This document shows positions 49,601-60,009 of a DNA stretch of 64,000 nt, in pieces. The notes beneath the pieces are model-generated. The model searched no databases. It was not told where the DNA came from and saw only the letters and a program-made list of their open reading frames with translations. Position 1 is the first letter of the stretch. Each line of letters starts with the position of its first letter. Source of the stretch: Camelus ferus. Lineage: Eukaryota. The stretch spans positions 63,056,001 through 63,120,000 of the forward strand of contig NC_045696.1 of NCBI RefSeq assembly GCF_009834535.1, written 5' to 3'. The position numbers were made by a program, and so were the translations under genes.

Positions 49601-52600
49601 CTGAGGGCCTGTCTGCGCATCTCAGGATAACACCTAAAAAGGGTGGCAGCTGATGGGGTGCATTATTCCAGGTGTGGTTTGCCCAGGACATGTACAGAAG
49701 GACTCTTATTTCTTGTCATCAAGATACTCCCAGCATTTTTGTTAATTCACCCCCTTTCAAAGGAGCTTATGCTTTTGGCTCATTGAACCCATGAACAACC
49801 ACCTCCCTCCAATATTTAAAAGAAAAGACTTACTAAGCAGATCTCATCCCATCTTTACATGTGGACAAAGTTTTCCATTTTGTCTTTAGCTCCGCTTAGG
49901 ACAGTACTGTTCCTCTTAAATATTAGTGATTTGGGAACAAGGTATGGTTCATTTTGGGTGTATTATCTGCTTTTCTCTTCTTCTAGCTTTGAAACATCTG
50001 CAGATTTCCTGTTTCTTTGTCCATATATTCTTTCCAGTCATTGAAAACGTTGAATAGATTAGGATCGAGGATAGAGCTTTGTGATCTTTTGTGGATTTAC
50101 TAAGGGCTCAGTACCAAGCATTTCAGTGTGACGAATCCAGATACATTTGAAAGGATATAACAGTAACTATTCTGTTACTACTGTTGTTAATAAAGCTAAC
50201 CCACAGAAAACTTGTTCTCTGCAGGCACCGCTTTCTGAGCACTTCCTTTGTTTTCTTCATTTAGTTTTCTCAGCAGCAGGTATAAGTGCTTATATCCTCA
50301 GCCAGTCTGGCTTCATCATTTGTCCTTTTCACCATTGTTTCACGTCTCTCCTGGAAGTCAGTGTCTTGCTGAAGTTTTTGAATATTTATCACTCTGTCGC
50401 TCAGCCCTGAGGCACCAGCTTGGTAGCGCAGTCAATCAGAAATGAAACAAGGATTCGTTTCCACATCTGTGGTATTCCCTGAACTGTCAACCAAGCAGTA
50501 GATTCCATCGGGAAATGGGACTTGTTTGCATGATCTGTTCTCAGGGAACCCTTGTTGCCTCATGTTGCTGACTGTCTTCTTTTTCAGGCTCACCAGCTAA
50601 CTTGTGGAATTGTTTCTCTGTCAGATTCTGGGTTAACTGTGTGGTTTATGGAAGATATTCTTTCTTCCTTTTTCAAAGTTGAACCCCATTTATTCCTCCC
50701 AAGTCTTCTGAAATCTCTGTTACACATGATTTCCTAAATCATACCAGCTACTATTGTGATGTCGTATCTGTCATCTCATCTGTCACTTGAGTATCAAACA
50801 TGAACTTGTTAAAAGAAGTTTGACAGTCACTGTTTCTCACCTATCTGAAGTTTGGTTCTTCCTCTACAATTGTGTGACATTTCTTATTTTAAAAAATGGG
50901 ACACTTTTTTGAGTTGAGTACCTTAGTTTTCTCTTGGCCATCTGTTGAATTGCATCGTGTTTCCCAAAGATTGACTTTTCTGTTCTTTCTATTTTTGACA
51001 AAACTACTACAAATCCTTTTGTTGCCTTTGGCTTTTGTCCTGAAGCTAAACTGTGTCCAGCCTTCGTTCTCCTAATACACATCCCCGTTCAGTTCACATT
51101 CCTGGGTTCTGCCTCTTCCATATTTTTAAATGATACAGAAGAGCACACAGTGACTTCTTTACATTTGTTGCTCATTTATCATAGAAATTGCTTCTAATTC
51201 CATGTTTGTTTTCGAGTTGCCAAGCATGATAATGAAATTCTCTCTCTCTTCCCTGACATTTTAAGAAAAATACCTCCTTCCTAAAATGTAGGATTCCTGT
51301 TCAGCTGAGTTCCTCCTGTCCTCTTCTGTGGTGGCTACTCACTCTAACATTAGATTATTTGGAAATGATCCAAGGTTTGTATCACTTATAAATCCAAACC
51401 AGTTAACCCTTGTTGATACGAATTGGTGATACTGTAAATTGCCTAATTTCTACTTTGTTATCAGTACGAATTCAGAAGGATTGACACACCATGATTTTTA
51501 CCTTTCTCTTCCCGAAGGAAATTATTGCTTGGTGAACAGATTCCACACACGGAGTTGAGTTTTGTTGCTCTCAGTTTTCACACACAGGGACCTGTGCTCC
51601 ACGGTGCTGTGATTTATTAAAGGCAGTTGTAAAAGAATAGCAGTTTCCTTAACTATGCAAACCACTGTCTTTAAAGCTGCAAATATAAAATGAAGCTCAC
51701 ATTACAAATTATACCCTTCTTGCTTTGTGCAGAGAAGAAAATGTTAAATGTTCTACTGTTAATGAGAACTGTTGTGTTTTACTGTACAGCCTATTGCAAA
51801 ATAACGTACCGTCAAGGAATTCAGCTTGGCACAGGCTTTTTGAAACCCTTGCTTTCTTTTAATGGATAGAAGAGTTATCTGTTAGAAAATACATGTTATT
51901 TGTGCAAAGTTCAAATAATATAAAAATGTATAAAATGAAGGTCCACCACTCCAGAGGGCATCACTGTTGATAGTTTGGTTGTGTCCTTGGGCTTATGTGA
52001 TCTTCTCCCTCTGTTCACCTTTTCCATTCTCCTTCATAGCTTTTCTTGCCCTCTGTTCGTCTCAGATAACCAGCTCTGAGTGTTTTCACCAGAGTGAAGA
52101 GTGCAGTTGTTAACACGCTTCTGGACTTTTGTGATTTCTGTTATTTCATCAGGACGAAGTAAACGGAGACACTGGAGAAGCCATCACAGCTGAGTCTGAA
52201 AACTCCAGTTGCGACGAGGCTGAAATTCCACATGATGAGACTGAACATCTCCAAGGCAGGGGTTCTGTCTCACTCAGTGAAGTTGCCAGCAGTGATGAAG
52301 AGGACAGTGTGTATGAGGACTGTCGCGAGGAGGAGGAAGATTGGCAGACGTGTTCGGAAGAGGGCAGCAACCCCGATGAGGAGGCCTGTGGCCAGAACTG
52401 GAATGAAAGTTGGACTGTGGATTCTGAGGCTCAAGGAAGGAAGACCCTGCAGAAGAGGCAAATACACAATTTTAGCCACCTGGTGTCAAAGCGGGAATTA
52501 TTGGAGATCTTTAAGCAGCTACACTCTGGAAAGAAGGTGAAGGAGGGACAACTTACTGTTGGACTGGTAAGATGAACTATGTCGTAGAATTGTTACATGA

Positions 52601-55600
52601 GGGTCTTTATCCCCCATCCCTTGGTAGCCACACTGGAACCTGAGACCAGTCAGGCTCTGGCATCACAGGGGACATGGAGGGCCTCCTGTTATGCACAAGC
52701 AGAGCCCAGCTCCAAGAGTGACCTTTCTCAAGGCTCATACTGGTCACACCCTTGTTTATATTCATAATCCTCTGCAGTCTCCTTCCGGTTCAGCCCTACC
52801 TATCACATGACTTACCAGAGCTACTAGAATGAGAGGGCTTTTAAGGCTGTCCTCAGACTTCGGGTCCGATGTTCTTACCTTTGGATAGGCTTTTTAGATG
52901 AGGTCGGCTTTTGGCATCCTGTGATCCTTGCCAACTTACGCTGTAAACATTCCTTTGACTCTCTTCTAGGTGGGCTACCCGAATGTTGGTAAGAGTTCAA
53001 CAATCAACACCATCATGGGCAACAAGAAAGTATCTGTGTCTGCCACACCTGGTCACACCAAGCACTTCCAGGTACTTCTGCAGCACTGGCCTCGTATTTC
53101 CTTCTCAGTCAGGTCCCCCCTCTGGGTATTTCCTGAAGTTCTTTGCCTCTTGTGTGCTGCTCTTCTTTCCCTTCCTGTGCCGTATGCCCAGCATGCACCT
53201 CTTCCTGTCTTTCAGACTCTCTATGTGGAACCTGGCCTCTGCTTATGTGACTGCCCAGGCCTGGTGATGCCGTCCTTCGTCTCTACCAAAGCCGAGATGA
53301 TCTGCAGTGGAATCCTCCCGATTGACCAGATGAGAGACCACGTCCCACCTGTATCACTAATATCCTTGGTGCTGTGCTGATTTATTCTTACTTGTATAGC
53401 GGGGCTTGAGAAAACCTGAGTAATTAGACAGGGGAGGAAAAAAAGATCACTCCTTGCATAGTTATAAGGATTAGAAACAAAGACTGTGTGCTTCCTCTGC
53501 GAATTAGGATCATGTCAGAAATCTGCGGTGTGTGCATAGAGACAGGTGTGTCCTCTTTAAGGTCTATTTCAGAGATAATATTTTAAAAAGATTCATTTGG
53601 AAGTGATTATTGGTGCATAAGGCTTTGTTTTAAATTAAATGAGTAATTTTACTTCTCTGGAGAGGTGGAAAAATTTTGTCACAGAAGTGCTGAAAGACCG
53701 TGTTTTAAAAAGCATGTGTCAGACACCATGGGGAGGAGGGGGTCAGTTCAGAGGAATGGGTTCCTTGACCAGCTTACGTTTGCCAGAATATTCCGAGACA
53801 TGTTTTAGAAGCTACCTATGGCATTGACATCATAAAGCCGAGAGAGGATGAAGATCCCCATCGACCTCCCACGTCAGAAGAACTGTTGACAGCTTATGGA
53901 TGTGAGTTGTGACTTATTTTAAAACATGAACAAAAAATAACGGTATACTTACTGAGAGAAATACTCTGCAGAGATACAAATTCAAAACTTTTCCTTAGCA
54001 ATTGTCATGTCATCTTCCAGGGCTGATATTTTTGTTGTCCTGTTGGTCTTGCCCACAAAGTGGCCTCCAGGTAGCTGACGTGATGGTGCTTTCAGGGTCC
54101 AACAGTAAAGGCAGCCAACTGCTACCCAAGTGATGTTTTACTTCAGTGTTAAGTACTTTTGAGAGTTAGAGCAGGAGATTCTCTCTGTCCCTTGCCTCTT
54201 CCCCAGGTCTGCCCATTCCTAACCTTCATCCCAGGAATCAGTGCTGAGAGAGACACATCTTCCCAGGCTCTCCTGGTCTCAGGCCCTTTCCTGTAGGAAG
54301 CCTAGCTGTGGGCAGTGATGAAAACTCCCACAGGGATCACAGGGTCTGTCCGGTTTCTAAAGAGAAAGCCCTTAGGACACTGACTGCTTTGATGGTACCC
54401 AAGTGTAGGCACGAGGGTTCTGCTCTGAGGCTATGTTGGCCTTTTCTGAAGTCTTTTTCCCTTAAAGGAAGAAAGGGGTTGTTCGGAAGAAAATGAATAT
54501 ACGTACCAGAGTGGGACAGGAGAGTTACAAGGGGGAATCAGAAGGGATAGGTGTCAGAGATTGGGGCAGAGCAGAGCTTGCTTCCCCTTCCAACAGTCCT
54601 GTGGGCCTTGTTTGACATTAAAATGAGGCCACAGCTCTCCCACCTGTTTTATCCCAATTCTACAGGGCAGTTATCTTTGCCTATCATTTGTCCAATTGAT
54701 TGTGATTTACTTACCCTAAACACAAACTTTAAAGGTAATCTGGAGGTACTTGTATCTATCTAAAGAAATAGCAATGTTAACATTTCTATGCGTGTGTGGC
54801 TTGCCTTTAAAGAAGGTGCCCCCAGCTTGGAGGTCAGGTTGTTTGAGCATTTACTTCCAGAGAAAGCTTATTTGATATAAGCTTATTTGAAGAGGACAAA
54901 TATTAAGCACTTACGGTAACACTTGCTATAGTCACAAAATCATAGGACAAGAAGAGGCCTTAAAGATTACCCCACATCTCATCCCCCTTTTCTTAAAACA
55001 AGTAACCTGAAGTCAGAGCACGAAATGACTTGCCCAGGGTGGTGCCTGGTCAGTGGCACAGCCTCAGTGAGAACCCAGATTTCCTAATCCAGACTTCTCC
55101 CCAGTGTGCTAGCCTGATGTATCACTGAATAAGAAAGCTTGCTCTATTGCTTTTGGTTTTGCCAATAATATTGACAACATAGCATTCTGCAAGTCGCCTC
55201 CTTGAATAAATGTTCAGGTTCAAGAGATGGGAGAGGTAACTGGAGTAGAGAAAGATGTGTCTGTCACAGCATGGTGCTAGGTGGCTGCCAAGAGCTCAGA
55301 GGTAACAATATAGTCTGTTCTTCTGGATTATCAGATGTTTTATCATGCTAACCAAAATATTTTCTACATTGTTAACTGATTTTTTATTTTAAGGTATTTA
55401 AGATAAGAATTAAGTATGCATAGTGTGGTCATAGAAAAGGCTAGATTTCCATCACCTCAGTTGTCGCTGTTGGGATGTCTTCCAACTTAGGTTTTGCAAA
55501 ATTCTTTTCTCCTCACAGATATGCGAGGGTTCATGACCGCCCATGGACAGCCTGACCAGCCCCGATCTGCACGCTACATCCTGAAGGACTACGTCAGCGT

Positions 55601-58600
55601 AAGCGAACCCTGCTTCTCGTTGGCTCTTGACTAAGCGAGACTTCTTTCTCCCCTCTTAGAGTGTGTGTTTAGGTAACAGCAGCCTGCTGGGTTGTAAAGG
55701 AGGTATTTTCTTGGTGATCCTGTGTTATAACTGGGGGTATATTCTTGATCCAGGGGAGCCAGCAGCATATAAATCATGGAAGTGACTGACATACTATGAA
55801 AGAAATGAAGGTCTCTTGAACACCTGTCGTCAGTGAGCATGACACAGTTCTGTCTCCGGCTCTTCCATCTCCTGCAGCCCTTGTCTCTCTTGCCGCTGTG
55901 TCACAGTACTCCTTGTGGTGCAGCTGTTCACACGCCCGTTCCCAGCGCTTGTCCAGTAACAGGAATAGCAATAGCTGACATGTATGTACTCAGAGCTAGC
56001 CCTGCCAGGAATAGTTCTAAACGCTTTACATTTGTCATCTCATTAAAAATACGTAAGTCTATACGGTATTATTGTCCTATTGTAAATGAGGACGTGCTAA
56101 ACTTTGGGTTTTCCTCATCAGTAAAACAATTAATGGTACCTATCTCATGAGATCATTATGGGAAATAAATGAGAACAATGTGTGTGGAGACATACACACA
56201 TACCACTAAGCTCAGAGCCTGGCGCATAATTAGCCAGTAATTTTTATGTATTATTAAAATGCATAATAATACTTCTTGCCACAAATAAGCGTTACAGGGC
56301 CCTAGTAATAGCTGGTTGTGAAGATTTCACTTTATTCCCTCCTCTTCTCAGTATGTCATCAGTGGCGCTCTGGGAGCATAAAAGTAAAAGAGCAGCCGTA
56401 TCCTCTCTTTTTGAATTCAGGAAGGAAATAGTTAATAGAATATTCATATGGATAAAGTACTTACTCATTTACCATTTGTAAAGCTGTGGAGGATGGGGGA
56501 GATGAGTTACAAACCACCACAACGCTGAGAGTGTTTACGTTGGAACGAGGCAAACTTGCACCCAGTGAACAGCTGCCCCAGGCCCAGTGTCCCCATTAGT
56601 ACAGTCACACTGTCCAGCTGTGTCCTGGCTTTTGTTTTGGAAAATATTCATCTTAAGTATAATCATATATGTGTACTGAAATAGACATTAAACAAGGTAG
56701 AACAGAGAAGTACCAGTTTCTTTCTAGTGTGGGGGCTGTGGGAAGAGCCAGGCTCTAGAACACTAAGGGTCAGCCTCAGGGTGTTAGTTAGGACTCTCAG
56801 TTGCAGTTTACCAAAACCCAACCCGGCTAGCTTAATCAAAAGGCAGAAAGTTCCGTCAGGGTGTGCCCAGCGGAGAGGCCTCCCCGAAGGGCTTTGATAC
56901 AGATGGCCTTGAGGGTGCACTGTGATCACTTGGGTTGTGTTTGCAGGGGAAGCTCCTGTACTGTCACCCTCCCCCTGGAAGAGATCCCATGACCTTTCAG
57001 CATCAACACCAGCGACTCCTAGAGAACAAAGCAAATGGTGGTGAAATTAAAATGCAGCTGAGCGGAAATAAAAGAGCAAATCAGATTGAAAATGTAGTGG
57101 ACAAAACTTTTTTCCATCGAGTAAGTTTTAAAGTTTTTCTTTAACTTCTGATCCAACACATTTTGTATAACAGCTTTATCCAAATATTCACATACCATAA
57201 AATCCACCCTTTTAAAAAGTACACAATTCAGTTTATGGTATATTCTCAGAGTTGTGTGACCATCACCACTGTCTAACTTTAGAATGTTTTTATCACTCCT
57301 AAAAGAAACCCTGTACCAGTTAGCATTCACACCCCATTCCCCCAGCCCCTGCCAACTACTGATCTACTTTCTCTGTAAATGGATTTGTCTCTTCTGGATG
57401 TTTCATATAAATGGAGTCATACAATATGTGGTCCTTTGTGACTGGCTTCTTTAACAGCCTAAGGGCTTCAAGGTTCATCCATGTATCAGTACTTTCTTTC
57501 TTTTTATTGCCAAGTAACAGTACATTGAGCGGCTATACCACGTTTATCCTTTTATTCAGTTGATGGACATCTGGATTGTTTTTACTTTTTGTCTATTATG
57601 AATAATGCTGTTTTTGTATGGACATGTATTTCATTTCTCTTGGGTATATACTTAGGAGTGGGGTTGCTGGGTCATGTGGAAACTCTATGTTTAACAGTTG
57701 AGGTCCTGCCAAACTTTCCAAAGTGGCTACTGTCATTTACATCCCCCCCAGCAATGGACGAAGGTCCTAATTTCTCCTCATCCTTGCCACACTACAGAAA
57801 GGAAGTAATATTTAAGCTGGACTTTGAGGAACAAATAAAAATGTGCCAGTTGGAGGAAGTGGTGAGGGCCAGATTTCCAGGCAGAAGGAGTAACATGATC
57901 AAAGGCAAAAAGATATGGGAGTAGTAGGTTTTATCAGTAAAGAGCCCGTGTCGTAGGTGGCCTTGTGTGCCACGTGAGGGAATATGACCTTGATTCCCCA
58001 GGCTACAGGGGACCATCAAGATCTGTGAGGGCAGGACTGGAAGGATACATGACCAGAGAGCTCTGAGATGTTCTGCTATGAATGTGGATGCTGGATCCGA
58101 GGAGTCTTGCAGTGGTGCAGTGACAGCTGATGAACACCTAGGGTGGAGCAGTGCAGGTGGAGAGGAGGGGAAAGATGTACAAATTTCTAGGGGCTGGAAT
58201 CCACAGAACTTACTGTGCATGTCAGATAAGGAAGACAGAGTGTGTACCATCTTGGAGGCTGGCCAGATTTTTATACCACTGCCAAGCAATAGAGAGTCAA
58301 TTTCTAACTGGGTTGTGGCAGGTTGAATTTTGATAACAAGTTAGAGGTTTCCCAAGAAGAGCTGATATTACGAATCTAGTCATAGATGGTGTTTGAAGCT
58401 CTGGGACTAACAGAGTTAAGGACAGAGAGACTAAACTGAAGACAAAACTCTGAGAAACTTACCATTTAAGGAATGGGGAGAGAAAGAGGACCGGGGAGAG
58501 ATGGAAGTCCACTGTCTCGGAGTTCTCCATAGACAGCACTGTGCGTATCCTCTAAAGGAGACTGCTGACACTGCAAATAATTTCTCTTATTTCCTAGGAA

Positions 58601-58777
58601 AATGTGAGAGCTTTGACCAAAGGAGTCCAGGCTGTGATGGGCTACAAGCCTGGGAGTGGCCTGGTGACAGCAGCTACTGTGAGCTCTGAGAGAGGGCCTG
58701 GGAAGCCCTGGAAAAAACATGGCAACAGAAATAAAAAAGAGAAAAGTCGTAGACTCTACAAGCACCTGGATACGTGA
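37594..58777 (+). CDS. LSG1: LSG1, large 60S subunit nuclear export GTPase 1; 14 coding exons, 1977 nt, 658 aa
   Basis: Exons 37594-37692, 39535-39661, 43070-43190, 43364-43450, 44320-44406, 47134-47194, 48322-48498, 52153-52566, 52970-53071, 53216-53359, 53778-53901, 55519-55598, 56947-57120 and 58598-58777 join in frame with consistent phases. Motif order is circularly permuted: NKAD (G4), then GYPNVGKS (G1), T (G2), DCPG (G3). Confidence 0.97.
37830..37908 (+). mobile_element. MER2-like Tigger 5' fragment in LSG1 intron 1
   Basis: ta|cagtcg...ggttccaggacccccgcgaataccaaaat...gatgctcaagtccct. Confidence 0.75.
38110..38295 (-). mobile_element. tRNA-derived SINE (Vic-1-like), LSG1 intron 1
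   Basis: ctggggattgaaccc...ccactgagcataccctcccc; TSD tgttcaaa. Confidence 0.85.
39535..39661 (+). CDS. LSG1: LSG1 exon 2 (LHTSELNDGYDWGRLNLQSVTEQ...EFVA)
   Basis: atag| acceptor, G|gtgagt donor. Confidence 0.95.
40780..41830 (+). mobile_element. Two MER21-like LTR fragments (about 40780-40965 and 41383-41830)
   Basis: ttagagggtt(g/c)ga...caatggccaatga and cacctgagtttatgctgatgaggtgac. Confidence 0.6.
43070..43190 (+). CDS. LSG1: LSG1 exon 3 (KLNIKFVPPEARTG...FLCIPR)
   Basis: tag| acceptor, AG|gtgagt donor. Confidence 0.94.
43364..43450 (+). CDS. LSG1: LSG1 exon 4 (PKWDQNTSPEELKQAEKDSFLEWRRQLA)
   Basis: cag| acceptor, CG|gtgagt donor. Confidence 0.95.
43550..43876 (-). mobile_element. Two tandem tRNA-derived SINEs (about 43550-43655, internally deleted, and 43710-43876), LSG1 intron 4
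   Basis: ggaggtactggggatcaaacccaggacc and ggaggcactggggattgaacccaggacc...ccactgagctataccctcccc. Confidence 0.85.
44320..44406 (+). CDS. LSG1: LSG1 exon 5 (LEEEQKLILTPFERNLDFWRQLWRVIER)
   Basis: ccag| acceptor, AG|gtaggt donor. Confidence 0.95.
47134..47194 (+). CDS. LSG1: LSG1 exon 6 (DIVVQIVDARNPLLFRCEDL)
   Basis: tttcag| acceptor, TTG|gtaagt donor; DAR motif. Confidence 0.95.
48322..48498 (+). CDS. LSG1: LSG1 exon 7 (ECYVK...INKADLL...IFWSALAE...DTK)
   Basis: ccag| acceptor, AAG|gtaacc donor; G4 motif NKAD. Confidence 0.95.
49302..49450 (+). mobile_element. tRNA-derived SINE (Vic-1-like), LSG1 intron 7
   Basis: gggggaggatgtatctcagtggtagag...ggtcctgggttcc; TSD aga(g/a)agttctt. Confidence 0.85.
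52153..52566 (+). CDS. LSG1: LSG1 exon 8 (acidic insertion ...QIHNFSHLVSK...GQLTVGL)
   Basis: tcag| acceptor, CTG|gtaaga donor; 414 nt open. Confidence 0.93.
52970..53071 (+). CDS. LSG1: LSG1 exon 9 (VGYPNVGKSSTINT...TPGHTKHFQ)
   Basis: ctag| acceptor, CAG|gtactt donor; G1 and G2 motifs. Confidence 0.96.
53216..53359 (+). CDS. LSG1: LSG1 exon 10 (TLYVEPGLCLCDCPGLV...DHVPPVSL)
   Basis: ttcag| acceptor; ends at U12 donor |ATATCCTT; G3 motif DCPG. Confidence 0.94.
53360..53777 (+). other. LSG1: U12-type (minor spliceosome) AT-AC intron, LSG1 intron 10, 418 nt
   Basis: 5' site ATATCCTT (53360-53367), branch site TTCCTTGAC (53761-53769), terminal AC (53776-53777). Splicing gives ...PPVSL|VCQNIPRH in frame. 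Confidence 0.93.
53778..53901 (+). CDS. LSG1: LSG1 exon 11 (VCQNIPRHVLEATYG...ELLTAYG)
   Basis: ttac| U12 acceptor, T|gtgagt donor. Confidence 0.93.
55519..55598 (+). CDS. LSG1: LSG1 exon 12 (MRGFMTAHGQPDQPRSARYILKDYVS)
   Basis: acag| acceptor, AGC|gtaagc donor. Confidence 0.95.
56947..57120 (+). CDS. LSG1: LSG1 exon 13 (GKLLYCHPPPGRDP...VDKTFFHR)
   Basis: tgcag| acceptor, CGA|gtaagt donor. Confidence 0.95.
57160..57792 (-). mobile_element. L1MB-like fragment, LSG1 intron 13
   Basis: acagctttatccaaatattcacataccataaaat...cttctggatgtttcatataaatgg. Confidence 0.75.
58598..58777 (+). CDS. LSG1: LSG1 exon 14, terminal (ENVRALTKG...KPWKKHGNRNKKEKSRRLYKHLDT*)
   Basis: ctag| acceptor, TGA at 58775-58777; basic C-terminus. 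Confidence 0.95.
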   Translation, partial: ENVRALTKGVQAVMGYKPGSGLVTAATVSSERGPGKPWKKHGNRNKKEKSRRLYKHLDT

Positions 58778-59051
58778 ACTTGGGCTGCAACAGAAATGGT
58801 ATCTGCATTGTGCATCTGTGGTGCTGTAGGGGGGGCCTGCCCTGGGGATGCGCACCCACACCCAACAGCCAGTGTCGAGACCAAGGGCTCCTCGGAGGAC
58901 CAGCTCTGACAGTTAGTCATCTCGGAGCCGCAGAAACCTGCTCCTCCAGAAGGCTGGACTTAAGATGAGGGAATGAATGGTGTATATTTACTTATGAAAA
59001 CTTGTATGCAAATACGTAGTCATTTGTAAATAGGGAGTTTTTTGAAAAGAC

Positions 59052-59063
59052 ATTAAAATTAAA
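59052..59063 (+). terminator. Tandem ATTAAA polyadenylation signals, probable proximal LSG1 3' end
   Basis: ATTAAAATTAAA with upstream UGUA motifs (including TGTAAATA at 59025-59032) and a downstream U-rich tract near 59079-59097. Confidence 0.65.
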
Positions 59064-60009
59064 TTGTCACTTAATGGATTTTTTTTTTGGTTCTTGTAGA
59101 TACATTGCTGTTTGGACATTTCACATTCTTTAAATGATTTTAATTTGCCAAAACGTGGCTGGGACTTCAGGTGGGTTTTTTGAGTGCGTTATTAGATTTG
59201 TGATTCTCAGCCTCACACACCTCACACACACCCAGCACACACCCCGGATACTGGCAGAAGGCATATCGGATCTTGGAATAAGGGCTGGCATGGGTAATTT
59301 TTAAAAGCCACTGGAGACCGTGAGCCTCTATTGAAAATGATCGTCAGCTTCCCAAATGAGGATGCCTCAAAAAGGGAATTTCTATTTTCCCCTTTGCTTC
59401 TGCCCAGAATGTGTCTTGTTCAGCATCCTTGCAATTGTTGTAAGTGTCCCCACCCTTGTTGTACGGGTTAGTACTTTAGACTTACCAGGTACAGTCATCA
59501 GCATTCTCATTTTCTTGTTTTGAAATTTTTCCCAGTATTTTGTTAGAAGAAATATACCTAGTCATATTTTGTTACAAGAAATATACCTAGTCACGGTAGA
59601 ACCTGCTATACATCTGTCACTTGTTTACTCTTCAGGCAATAAGAAAGAGGTTGAGGTTTTTCTCAAGAAGCCAATAGTGACGCATGTTTTCTTTGATGGG
59701 TAAACAGGAAAATTTGGCAGCAGGTCAGAAATCTACTCCGTGCCACCTTGTTTTACCAGCCCTTTCCCCTCTTCAGTCTCTGCAGACAAGTGAGGAAATC
59801 AGTTAAAATGTCCATGCTCAATAGTCATTTGTTACCTTCTGTGTTCAACATACCACATACCAGTTGAGGGGGAGAGACCGTACAGGAAGGGAAGGTCTTG
59901 CTTTCCTGAGACTCCAGTATAAAGAAGAAATGACAACCATTTTGAGCATTTAAAAGCAAAGGGCCTTGTGTTAGCAAAAAGTGTCCCCACAGAGTAGACC
60001 CTGAATACA

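Noticed and set aside
58730..58735. AATAAA inside the last LSG1 coding exon
   Set aside because: Explained by Asn-Lys codons; a better-supported signal with flanking elements lies at 59052-59063.
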